Source of the DNA: a virus
DNA length: 51,730 bases
Reading direction: 5' to 3' (one strand)
IMG/VR virus record: IMGVR_UViG_3300025678_000004
Coordinates: 1 to 51,730 of that record
Of the stretch, positions 1 through 8,170 are shown one piece after another. The notes beneath the pieces are model-generated. The model did not search any database. It had not been told where the DNA came from and worked only from the letters and a program-made list of their open reading frames with translations. Within the stretch, counting starts at the first letter, position 1; each line of letters opens with the position of its first letter. The translations under genes and the position numbers were made by a program.

Positions 1-127
1 ATGCGAATACCTTCAACGTAACTTCCATCAGGAGCAAACGTACGAATTTTAACATATCCGTATTCCTGAACATACGGCCCAGGTTCAAGCACATACGGCT
101 GAACCATTATATCTGCAAAAACCTCAC
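1..127. repeat. Terminal direct repeat, left copy (identical to 51604..51730)
   Basis: Compared base by base: nt 1-127 equal nt 51604-51730. The length matches a common assembler k-mer, so the simplest reading is a circular-closure overlap. A true short DTR cannot be excluded. Confidence 0.95.
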
Positions 128-854
128 AAAAAGAAAGCCCTGGCCCGCAAATCGAATAGTTTTCATAAACCGGTTCCCCATCTTTATAATCAACAATTCT
201 GCGTTTGCTTATAGAAACAGGCCAACCATACCTCTTCATTTCTCCAATCAAAACCTTTGACTGCGTCTTGATATCAACATCAACCCCGCATATCCATCTG
301 GAAAGATCAGGATACACCACATAATCCATCGCGATTCCAACGCATGGAGTAGACCCTCCAAACGGAATTGCCATGCCAAACCCATGATACCTCTCGCAAT
401 CAGAACAATACCCAATCGGACGGGGAGATTCATTTGACGGGCGGTTGCAACTCCCTATATATGGAACAACACCGCCATACTGAATCGGGAGCCCTGTTTC
501 TCTCCCATCACGACTTCTAACCACAGGAGAAAGTGCATAAAAAGAATATCCCGGTTTTACATAATCATAAATAACCACATATGTCTCATTTTCACAAGAA
601 ACTCCAACATACGAAATCCGATCAATCATCCCAGGAGAAAACGGATTAAAATACCCCCCTTTCCCACGACAATCAATCCGTACCGGATATGCTCCTCTCC
701 ACGGAGACATAATACCAAGAGACAACCTACGAACATTCCCCGACAGATAACACCCCATATCACAAGTATATTTTATCTTCCGGATCTTCCGGTACCCATC
801 CGGGTGAGCATGCACTACTGTAATAGTAACATCCCGATACTCGTGGTCACTCAT
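1..854 (-). CDS. Large Cys/Pro-rich virion-associated protein (putative adhesin/fibre), 5' portion of a gene split by the window ends
   Basis: Hand translation of the minus strand from ATG 854..852 (MSDHEYRDVTITVVHAHPDGY...) is open down to nt 1. It is in frame with MVQPYVLEPG at 51710 (equivalent to nt 107; 854-107=747, divisible by 3). The ATG overlaps the upstream stop (ATGAGTGA). The ORF track misses it because the ORF runs off the window. Confidence 0.8.
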   Translation of the reverse strand, partial: MSDHEYRDVTITVVHAHPDGYRKIRKIKYTCDMGCYLSGNVRRLSLGIMSPWRGAYPVRIDCRGKGGYFNPFSPGMIDRISYVGVSCENETYVVIYDYVKPGYSFYALSPVVRSRDGRETGLPIQYGGVVPYIGSCNRPSNESPRPIGYCSDCERYHGFGMAIPFGGSTPCVGIAMDYVVYPDLSRWICGVDVDIKTQSKVLIGEMKRYGWPVSISKRRIVDYKDGEPVYENYSICGPGLSFCEVFADIMVQPYVLEPGPYVQEYGYVKIRTFAPDGSYVEGIR

Positions 855-1404
855 AAAATGCCCCACAATCTATTACAGCATTCTTAATCTGGTTCCACCT
901 TAGATCAAACTGCTTGTACAAATTAGTCCGAATCCCGTTTGTATGCGTAACATTCCCACCTTTGTAAAAAACAACATCATATGTATTTGGAACATCACTT
1001 ACCGGAATATGCAAATAAAAATCCAGATCAGATGCAACAACCCCGTTTACCATCCTCCATTCTCCCCCACCACCAGAATTCGGAACATAATAATACAACC
1101 TATCATTTGTATTATTCATCCACAACGGGTGCTCAACCGGGTCTGCAGGAACAGACGGACCAACATATACCGACCCACTCCCACCACCACTTACTTTCAC
1201 CCAATCCGCATCCCAGTAATAAATCTCATTTGTTGATGTTTTCAACCATACCGGGGATGCTTCATGGTCATCCGGAGGAGTGTCGCTTATGTATATCCCA
1301 GAACCCCCAACCGCAGACCCATCTGCAACAATATACAACGGATTTTCAACAGTTCCAACAAAATTCCCATTTCTGTCAATCAATATGACCCGCTTTTCTG
1401 CCAT
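847..1404 (-). CDS. Putative fibre/virion-associated protein (Gly-rich)
   Basis: 185 aa with GGGSGS and SGGGGEW runs and aromatic, beta-rich composition. It is translationally coupled on both sides (TAATG, ATGA) and lies first in the fibre/adhesin run after portal. Confidence 0.5.
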   Translation of the reverse strand: MAEKRVILIDRNGNFVGTVENPLYIVADGSAVGGSGIYISDTPPDDHEASPVWLKTSTNEIYYWDADWVKVSGGGSGSVYVGPSVPADPVEHPLWMNNTNDRLYYYVPNSGGGGEWRMVNGVVASDLDFYLHIPVSDVPNTYDVVFYKGGNVTHTNGIRTNLYKQFDLRWNQIKNAVIDCGAFYE

Positions 1405-1514
1405 TATTCCTCACTCCTCTTTGGTGATGCAACCAGAATCCCGTATAACGGGTTTTCAGCAGTCCCAACCACAACACCATTTTTATCAATCAGTATAACA
1501 TCATCCTGTGCCAT
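1404..1514 (-). CDS. 36-aa mini-ORF duplicating the N-terminus of the downstream gene
   Basis: MAQDDVILIDKNGVVVGTAENPLYGILVASPKRSEE compares with the downstream MAEKRVILIDRNGNFVGTVENPLYIVADG. It fills the portal-to-next-gene gap exactly, and its stop overlaps the next ATG (TAATG). Confidence 0.4.
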   Translation of the reverse strand: MAQDDVILIDKNGVVVGTAENPLYGILVASPKRSEE

Positions 1515-1515
1515 T

Positions 1516-3336
1516 TTATTCACCTGTAAACACAATCAAATCAAAATCCTCAACCGCCCTGGCGATGACCCTGTCCCAGACTGTTGGGTCTCTCATCCGT
1601 TCCCGGTGGTGCTTTGTCAGTTCACGGACCTGTCTTGCAATCTCCCGTGCAGCCTCAGTCGAACATCCTTTCCGGTTCGTTGTAACAGACGGCCCGGACG
1701 GGACAATGGTTATCTCAGCCCCATCATCACCAATGAGTTTGATCTCCGTTGTCGACTTCTTTATTCCCGCACTTCGTTCTTCTGCATCACCAAACTTTAT
1801 TTTGTCCTTTCCTCCACGACCCTTGTCCTGTCCTGACTGTTCAGTCTTTCTCCCACGGTTCGGTTCGGACGGTTTCCCTCCTTCACTCTGTTGCGACTTA
1901 CTCAGGTCACGGATGGTGATGTCTTCAAACTCAACAACATCATGCTCCTTGGTAAGTCCGGCAAGCCTCGCTGCATCGCGGTTCTTAATCCCCATCTCAA
2001 ACATCGTCTTTGCAGCCTGTGACTGTGCAAGCTTGGTCTCAGCAACCTTCATGGTGTCATCAAGATCCTGCTCAACCTCGAACTTGAACCGCATTCCCTT
2101 CTCATACCCGTCAAGATACGGCAGAATCTCACGGGTAAACACAACCTCAAGGAACCGCATGATCGGATACAGCATCTTTGATTTTGTGATGTTCCGAGAA
2201 ACATATGCGGTTGCACGGTTTGTCGACTCCCCGACAAACTCCTGGGGCTGGAATCCCCACATCGACCACACCAACTGGGCCATAAATTTCTGTCCCTCAA
2301 GCCATTCCATATCATGCAGCTTGTGGGACAGCGTCTCTACCTCTTCGTCTTTTACCAGATGAAGGGTTCCGCCAAACCTGAGCGGCCCCTGATTGTTCTG
2401 TTTCAAATCAGCAAGCCGTTGCATTAGTTGTTTCCGATCAGCAACCTGCGGGTGCTTGTAAATAAGCGAGGGGACAACACCATTTTGAAATGTCTTCCCG
2501 GCAGCACGAGTCGAATCAATAAGATACTGTATCGGGGCTTTAAGACACGAGATCCAATCGGTTCCGTATATAGTATCATTCCGAGGATACATGGACATAT
2601 AGGCGATTTCATTCGGATCAAAAGATATGTAAACGCCGGTCCTGGACCGCTGCCAGTACCGCTGTACATGCCCGTGCGAATAATACCCAATCTGCTTAGC
2701 AACCGGAATATTACTAAGATTAATTCCAACCGGGACACGATCGATCTCCTTCCAGAATTCAGTCCCAAGAAACGAATCAATCTCAACACACTTTCCCTTT
2801 CTGTTAAATGTCTTTACAAAAACACCGGCATCATACCGGGTGATGTCAGGAAGTGCCTTTTTAATCAGGTCTCCAAATGATACCTGTGGTCCGGGGAACT
2901 CAAGAAAATCATCCAAATCCTGCACGTGCTTGTTGTCACGATCGTATACCCCAAATTCGAGTGCAGCAGTATAATCACAGATAGATTTCTCACAAATGGC
3001 ATAATACGGGGTTGTTGCAAGCATGTCATTCGCAGCCTTGGAAAAGTACGGCCGCGCTATACCAAGAGTATTATAATAATTCGATATCGGATGAATTGCA
3101 CGTTCCCACTCCACAAACTCATCCCATTTCCTGGCATCCGCAATGTCAGGCTCATAATTTGTGGATATTGAAGACGGAATCGGTAATGTAAACCCCTCGC
3201 GGGCAGCAAACGCTTTTAAAAGAATCTCCGTGAGTTGTTCGGAGTTTATGCGATCCAACTCTTTATAAATATTTTCGTCTTTTTTTGACGCCTTCGGTAT
3301 ACTATTTGCCATCGGCTGCCTCTTAATAAAAAACAC
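1516..3336 (-). CDS. Portal protein
   Basis: 606 aa and the next same-strand gene after TerL. Its size and highly charged C-terminus are typical of portals, and there is no other portal-sized candidate. Assignment rests on position and size, not a named motif. Confidence 0.7.
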   Translation of the reverse strand: MFFIKRQPMANSIPKASKKDENIYKELDRINSEQLTEILLKAFAAREGFTLPIPSSISTNYEPDIADARKWDEFVEWERAIHPISNYYNTLGIARPYFSKAANDMLATTPYYAICEKSICDYTAALEFGVYDRDNKHVQDLDDFLEFPGPQVSFGDLIKKALPDITRYDAGVFVKTFNRKGKCVEIDSFLGTEFWKEIDRVPVGINLSNIPVAKQIGYYSHGHVQRYWQRSRTGVYISFDPNEIAYMSMYPRNDTIYGTDWISCLKAPIQYLIDSTRAAGKTFQNGVVPSLIYKHPQVADRKQLMQRLADLKQNNQGPLRFGGTLHLVKDEEVETLSHKLHDMEWLEGQKFMAQLVWSMWGFQPQEFVGESTNRATAYVSRNITKSKMLYPIMRFLEVVFTREILPYLDGYEKGMRFKFEVEQDLDDTMKVAETKLAQSQAAKTMFEMGIKNRDAARLAGLTKEHDVVEFEDITIRDLSKSQQSEGGKPSEPNRGRKTEQSGQDKGRGGKDKIKFGDAEERSAGIKKSTTEIKLIGDDGAEITIVPSGPSVTTNRKGCSTEAAREIARQVRELTKHHRERMRDPTVWDRVIARAVEDFDLIVFTGE

Positions 3337-3399
3337 GTGTGAACTATAAAAAACATTTCGGAATTTTATAAGAGGATTTTATATCCTTTCAAAACCCCA

Positions 3400-4155
3400 G
3401 TGTTAAATATGAGTTCCGTTGGAATCATTGCAAAATACTGGAACGAGGAAGTGCTCCTGCCACACTGGCTCAAATGGCTGAATCTTATAGATGCACGTGC
3501 CATCATTCTCGCAGATGACGGATCAACCGATGCATCAGCAAAAATATGCGAAGCATATACCCATAAATCAGCATTTGTGACAAACCTGTCAATAGATCAG
3601 CAAAAACAGGAATATTTCACCGAAACTATCCCTGAAGCCCAAAAAGTGAACGATCTGCTCGCACAGGCATATGATTTCGGGTGCGACTGGGTGTTGCATC
3701 TTGACATAGACGAGTTCCCAACGCTCCCCATGATACAGTATATTAACGAAGAACTTCCCCACATTCCACCAAACTATGGCATATATTTCCCGATATGCAA
3801 CATGTACAAATCGCTTGACGAGTTTATTATCCGGGACCTTATCACAAACCACCCGTATTATCCGGAACCGCACCTCAAAATATTCGGAAAAGAGTCAGGA
3901 TTTGTAAGAACAATAAACGGAATGGACCTTGACCAGGGAGTCACCGGTGGAAACCGGTATATCATGACATCGTTCCCATACATTCACCTCAAATATCTGT
4001 TCAGATTCAGACGATGGATGCGGTACACATCAATAGAAAATCAGACCAGACAGCCAATGGGAAATTTTGCAACCGCAACGTTCCCAAAAGAGATAATTCC
4101 AAAAGAAATCCGGGAATGGTGGATGGAATTCAAAGAACCAGGGCATCCCTGGTAA
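3400..4155 (+). CDS. Glycosyltransferase family 2-like (counter-oriented insert between TerL and portal)
   Basis: ILADDGSTDAS nucleotide-sugar binding motif and HLDIDEF (DxD). The likely true start is ATG 3409 (MSSVGII). A TATA-like TTTTATAT inside the palindrome AGGATTTTATATCCT lies about 30 nt upstream. Confidence 0.65.
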   Translation: MLNMSSVGIIAKYWNEEVLLPHWLKWLNLIDARAIILADDGSTDASAKICEAYTHKSAFVTNLSIDQQKQEYFTETIPEAQKVNDLLAQAYDFGCDWVLHLDIDEFPTLPMIQYINEELPHIPPNYGIYFPICNMYKSLDEFIIRDLITNHPYYPEPHLKIFGKESGFVRTINGMDLDQGVTGGNRYIMTSFPYIHLKYLFRFRRWMRYTSIENQTRQPMGNFATATFPKEIIPKEIREWWMEFKEPGHPW

Positions 4156-4156
4156 T

Positions 4157-5581
4157 TTACACCTCTATCACGCCTCCATACCGTCTTATTTTCTCATGTT
4201 CAGCCGTTCCGAACGCATCCTCAAACGGGTCATCAGCATATGCATCACTAGAAGTATCATACATAGCATCCCGAAGCCAGTCAAACACAGTTCCGTCATC
4301 ATATTCATCCTTTAAAATCACCTCGCCCGGCTTTCCGGAGAACTGTTCGTCATACTCTTCCTGGGTCAGATCTGACTCAAATCCCCCAAGACAGAGCGCA
4401 ACACCACCGTTCATCCCATAATTCATGAGCATAAGAGCACACACCTGATCATCAAAAAACCCTTTCGGAGCCCCGTATTTTATATTCCCCGAATCGGTCT
4501 GGGTATATGTAAACGATTCAAGTTCCTCACGAAGAGAGGGATCAGGCGGGATGAAAATCTCACAGTTATGAAATGCAATCGAAAGCCGTTTTACCAGTTC
4601 CTTCTTGCTTTCCATCGTAAACTTATAACTTACAACATTCACCCCGTCTTTCTCAAGATCTTCCTGAATTGCATCCCCCACTCCGGTAGTGTCCAGAAAC
4701 ACCGGCGGGCGTCCGTACCGCTCATACACATCCCGCACCCGCATTTTTATATACGCCCATGCGGTCCGGTTGAACCGTTCTGAGTACACCAGTTCCTTTG
4801 TGGTAGTGTCCCCGACGTGGATAACTGTAAAATCCTGGTGTCTTCCGAGATCCACCCCCATAACATAGATTCTACCCGGCACGTACTCTGGGGAAATATT
4901 ATAACGCACGCAAGAGTCAATATTTTTAAAAACAGTTCCACCATCTGACAGAAATATTGCAAGAATTTCCTGTTCATACTCAAGCTCCGACAAATCCTGA
5001 ACAATCTCTTCAAGTTCCTCACGTTCCAGAAACGGGTTATCATACGACGAAAAGGTAAAACTCTCCCATTTTGGGTTATATGTCGGACTTCCTTTCTTCC
5101 CCTTCATATACAACTTGTAATACCAGTTCTTTCCACGCGGAGTTGTACAAAAAAGGGCCCATCCAAGTTTGTCCATCAGTGCCGGACGAATGACTTTAAA
5201 CCATGCATCCGGATGAACCATCGCAGCTTCATCCAAAACCACTCCGTCAAGCCCTTCCCCACGCAGGTTGTCGTATTTTTCAGCCGATTTTGCCCAGATT
5301 GTGGCCCCGTTCTTCAGTTCTATGCACAATTTTCCAAGATAAATATCTTTTATATACTTTTTTGGCAGTAATTTAAGCACCATCCGCCACATGATGTCAG
5401 TCTGGGGGAACGTCGGGGCCACAATCCAGTATATCCCACCAGGCTTTGAAAGTGCCGAGACAATCACTTTTGTGGCTCCAAACCACGATTTTCCAAACCT
5501 ACGGCCGCAATTCAGGCATATAAACCTCGCTTTCGAGTTATATACCTTCATCTGGTTCTCATGCAGCCCGATTTCAAGCAT
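4157..5581 (-). CDS. terL: Terminase large subunit
   Basis: Walker A CGRRFGKS and Walker B VVLDEAA, plus C-terminal RNase H-like nuclease acidic motifs (GVDLGRHQDFTV, FLDTTGVGD, DDQVCALM). 474 aa. Confidence 0.9.
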   Translation of the reverse strand: MLEIGLHENQMKVYNSKARFICLNCGRRFGKSWFGATKVIVSALSKPGGIYWIVAPTFPQTDIMWRMVLKLLPKKYIKDIYLGKLCIELKNGATIWAKSAEKYDNLRGEGLDGVVLDEAAMVHPDAWFKVIRPALMDKLGWALFCTTPRGKNWYYKLYMKGKKGSPTYNPKWESFTFSSYDNPFLEREELEEIVQDLSELEYEQEILAIFLSDGGTVFKNIDSCVRYNISPEYVPGRIYVMGVDLGRHQDFTVIHVGDTTTKELVYSERFNRTAWAYIKMRVRDVYERYGRPPVFLDTTGVGDAIQEDLEKDGVNVVSYKFTMESKKELVKRLSIAFHNCEIFIPPDPSLREELESFTYTQTDSGNIKYGAPKGFFDDQVCALMLMNYGMNGGVALCLGGFESDLTQEEYDEQFSGKPGEVILKDEYDDGTVFDWLRDAMYDTSSDAYADDPFEDAFGTAEHEKIRRYGGVIEV

Positions 5582-5590
5582 AAATCAGCC

Positions 5591-6202
5591 CTACATATCA
5601 CACACAACCGGTTCAACCGGTGTGCTCGGGTCAAGTTTTACGAATATCGTCTTCTTTTCGTTCGGGAGTTTGAAATCCCCGATACGCAGTTTTGCCTTTG
5701 TCTCATCGACAACGGGCGAATTAAACAGCGAATCTGGGTTTTCATCCAGTTCTTTCTCAAGTTTCCGCACAATCCGCTCGTCCGGGTCCTTCTTTCCTGC
5801 ACGTTTCACAATGGAAACATCGATTTTTGCAGGTGCAACCTCCTCGTCCGCAGACACCTGAATCTTCTTTGTATCAACCTTAAACGACCGGTCAATTTTC
5901 AGGATTGTCTCGATGTATGTTATCATATCATCCGGGTTATTCTTCAGGTTCAGCGTTCGGGCAAGGTTAAAAAGCAGTTCTGTTGCCTCTGCTTTTAATC
6001 CCTCGCGCCCCCGGAGATAGAGATTCACAAATCTGCGCCGCTGGTCTTCGGGAAGCAGTAAAAGCACACACGGAGCAGTATTCGTGTCAGATCTGTCACA
6101 CACCGGGCATACCATATAATAATTGCATTTGCACGAGCAATAAGGGATTTTTGCAAGTTCCCGGTCAACCTGCTGGTAAAAATCCACGTTCATATCAATC
6201 AC
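5591..6202 (-). CDS. Putative terminase small subunit / DNA-recognition protein (N-terminal Cys cluster)
   Basis: 203 aa ending 9 nt upstream of the TerL start. It has an N-terminal CSCKC...CPVC cluster and a charged C-terminal half. The function is assigned by position only. Confidence 0.35.
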   Translation of the reverse strand: MIDMNVDFYQQVDRELAKIPYCSCKCNYYMVCPVCDRSDTNTAPCVLLLLPEDQRRRFVNLYLRGREGLKAEATELLFNLARTLNLKNNPDDMITYIETILKIDRSFKVDTKKIQVSADEEVAPAKIDVSIVKRAGKKDPDERIVRKLEKELDENPDSLFNSPVVDETKAKLRIGDFKLPNEKKTIFVKLDPSTPVEPVVCDM

Positions 6203-6217
6203 TATACCAATTTACCT

Positions 6218-6236
6218 TCAGGTATAAATATATATG
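6218..6236. promoter_or_regulatory. TATA-like element in a 58-bp divergent intergenic region
   Basis: TATAAATATATAT lies about 32 nt upstream of the histone ATG (6261) and about 27 nt upstream of the divergent minus-strand ATG (6202). This spacing is compatible with leaderless or short-leader archaeal transcripts in both directions. Confidence 0.4.
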
Positions 6237-6260
6237 ACCGTATTTCAAAATACATAACCT

Positions 6261-6482
6261 ATGGCACGAAGAAAAACCGTATTGCCAATTGCAGCAGTCG
6301 CAAGAATCGCACATGTAAAAGATGGCATCAGAGTCGAAAAAGGAGCGATTGAACTTGCAATTGCTGATGTTGAAGCCTCAATAAAAGACCTCTTCAACGG
6401 AGCATATCAGTTTACCGAACACAGGGGCGGAACGATGATTATGAAGAAAGATGTAGAAGCATACCTAGCATCAATTCAATAA
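6261..6482 (+). CDS. Archaeal histone-fold protein (HMf-like)
   Basis: 73 aa that aligns by eye to HMfB: LPIAAVARI vs LPIAPIGRI, RVE..A vs RVS..A, and the C-terminal EHRGGTMIMKKDVEAYL vs RHAGRKTIKAEDIELAV. It carries a short basic N-terminal extension, MARRKT. Confidence 0.8.
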   Translation: MARRKTVLPIAAVARIAHVKDGIRVEKGAIELAIADVEASIKDLFNGAYQFTEHRGGTMIMKKDVEAYLASIQ

Positions 6483-6483
6483 C

Positions 6484-6490
6484 TTTTTTT
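6484..6490 (+). terminator. Oligo-T tract after the histone gene
   Basis: A T7 run starts 2 nt after the stop codon, which is an archaeal-type terminator signal. Confidence 0.45.
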
Positions 6491-6659
6491 ACTACAAATT
6501 CAATGTATTATATGCCGTGGTGATATGAGTGGGACATCAGACCATGACACCGCAGCAGCATGAACATTCCCTCTGTGTCGGATGTGCAGGAAACCTGAAA
6601 TACCTCGGAAAAGAGAACCAACCATAACTCATAATGCAAAACGGGGGTGGTGGGATGGG

Positions 6660-6890
6660 TCATCCCCGTTTTCTGGCCTTCTTACGCCTTAAATCCGTTC
6701 CAATCTCTCCAAGCACCTTTCTTTTATGCTTTTCAATGAAATCGACACCAAGCAGCCTGAAATGCAACTCACGGATGACATTCACCGCATGTTTTGCCTC
6801 TTCAAATGACTGCACCGGGGCAGCAGCCCGGCGGATATCAAGCAGGATCGAATTGAACTGCTCAAGCGCACTGTCATCCCCCATTACCAC
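6660..6890 (-). CDS. Hypothetical protein (helical, basic C-terminus)
   Basis: 76-aa ORF on the dominant strand, coupled to the upstream gene (7-nt overlap). A hairpin AACGGGG..CCCCGTT lies just downstream at about 6643-6675. Confidence 0.5.
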   Translation of the reverse strand: MVMGDDSALEQFNSILLDIRRAAAPVQSFEEAKHAVNVIRELHFRLLGVDFIEKHKRKVLGEIGTDLRRKKARKRG

Positions 6891-7075
6891 TCACACTCCA
6901 GACATTCCATGAGAGCATTATAGAAGCACCTGGAATCGCAAAACTCAGACTCCTCCATATCCACCAGCCTTACAGCACCTCCCACGACTGTAGATGCCTT
7001 GAAGCTCGTTACAGTGAAAATGTCATCCCAGTCCTGGAACGGCCGGTTGCAGTAGTCACACATCCCGCGGGTCAT
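6884..7075 (-). CDS. FCS/TRASH-like zinc-finger protein
   Basis: MTRGMCDYCNRPF...EFCDSRCFYNAL has a CxxC plus FCxxxC arrangement. The start ATG 7075 overlaps the upstream stop (ATGA). The longer tracked ORF (to 7144) overlaps the GT gene. Confidence 0.5.
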   Translation of the reverse strand: MTRGMCDYCNRPFQDWDDIFTVTSFKASTVVGGAVRLVDMEESEFCDSRCFYNALMECLECEW

Positions 7076-7956
7076 CCGAACACCTCCAGAAACGCTGAAA
7101 TTTGAGCCTCGTGGCTGTAATAATCTACATACCACTCCCTGCACATATCCTGAATCTCGCCGATATCATCAATGCTGCCATGAAATTTCATGATGTCCCG
7201 TTCGATATTACAGATGTTTTTCACATACACAAACGGAATTTCATCCAACCGATCCTGGAGTTTCCCGTAATACCAGTCTGCCGGCGTCATGCCGCCGGAT
7301 TCAATATACACCGGTATCCGCCCTGACGCAAGCGTCTCGAAGAACCGGAGTGACCAGTTTGCGTTCCCCCGTGCACATACCTGGTACTGGTTTGCCAGCA
7401 TATTTGACCTGAACAGCGGACCGTGTCTCCTGTAATCCGGGTGGGACTCGTTAAAAAACCCGGCGGAATCGCCTTCAGGTGCCATCCGAACATGAAAATC
7501 ACAGCATATCTCATTTGACCGGTTCAGTCGTTCAAGAGCCTCAAGACGGGGTTCAAACCCACGGTGAATCGCTTTTACCGTTCCTTCACCGTCTTTTGCA
7601 GGCAGATCAAATATCGGGACCCTGCCAACAAACCCTACTGTCGGAACCTCCGTGTACTCCGAGTGCGGAAGCTGCACGATCTTCCTGAAATCCTGGCGAA
7701 GCCACATATACGTCTCCGGGTGTTCTGCAGATGTCATAAACTGAATCGAATCACACCCCGGTATCGGTTCTGCAAAGTCAGATTCTATGAAAACCATATC
7801 AAAATTGTTTATATGGCCAACAAGACACGTATTTTTCATAAAATCATCAATGTAATAATACCCGAGCACCTCGGGATACACATTCGCACCATAATCACAT
7901 GCAAACTGAAACAAATCCATATCAACCATTTCTCCACACACACGAAGGATTTTCAC
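7072..7956 (-). CDS. Exostosin (GT47)-like glycosyltransferase
   Basis: 294 aa. The C-terminal RGNANWSLRFFETLASGRIPVYIESGG resembles the exostosin-family R..E.L..G.IPV motif. No search was run. Confidence 0.45.
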   Translation of the reverse strand: MKILRVCGEMVDMDLFQFACDYGANVYPEVLGYYYIDDFMKNTCLVGHINNFDMVFIESDFAEPIPGCDSIQFMTSAEHPETYMWLRQDFRKIVQLPHSEYTEVPTVGFVGRVPIFDLPAKDGEGTVKAIHRGFEPRLEALERLNRSNEICCDFHVRMAPEGDSAGFFNESHPDYRRHGPLFRSNMLANQYQVCARGNANWSLRFFETLASGRIPVYIESGGMTPADWYYGKLQDRLDEIPFVYVKNICNIERDIMKFHGSIDDIGEIQDMCREWYVDYYSHEAQISAFLEVFG

Positions 7957-8167
7957 GCCTTATACGCGACGCATATTCACGGGACGCAACCGGATACGCC
8001 CCGGCAAACGTGTAACTGCATGAGTTACACCTGAAATGAGGTCTCGGTGCGTTCAAAGACAACACCTCACCCGCTATCCAGTGAACCCCGTGCCGTTTGC
8101 ACGACGGACACACCATACCAGGAACCTCAAGACCAGGTCTCGGAACTCCGTCAACAGGGTATCCCAT
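7922..8167 (-). CDS. Zinc-ribbon protein
   Basis: CPSCKRHG...FRCNSCSYTF is a four-Cys ribbon resembling the N-terminal ribbon of some IS transposases, but no catalytic domain follows. Confidence 0.5.
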   Translation of the reverse strand: MGYPVDGVPRPGLEVPGMVCPSCKRHGVHWIAGEVLSLNAPRPHFRCNSCSYTFAGAYPVASREYASRIRRENPSCVWRNG

Positions 8168-8170
8168 ACA

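Noticed and set aside
248-433. 61-aa minus-strand ORF reported by the track
   Set aside because: It is out of frame inside the junction-spanning 931-aa gene, which is open across the whole 1..854 region.
1508-2362. 284-aa plus-strand ORF inside the portal gene
   Set aside because: It is antisense to the portal gene. Its Ser/Pro/Cys/Arg-rich, low-complexity translation is typical of the reverse frame of a purine-rich coding strand.
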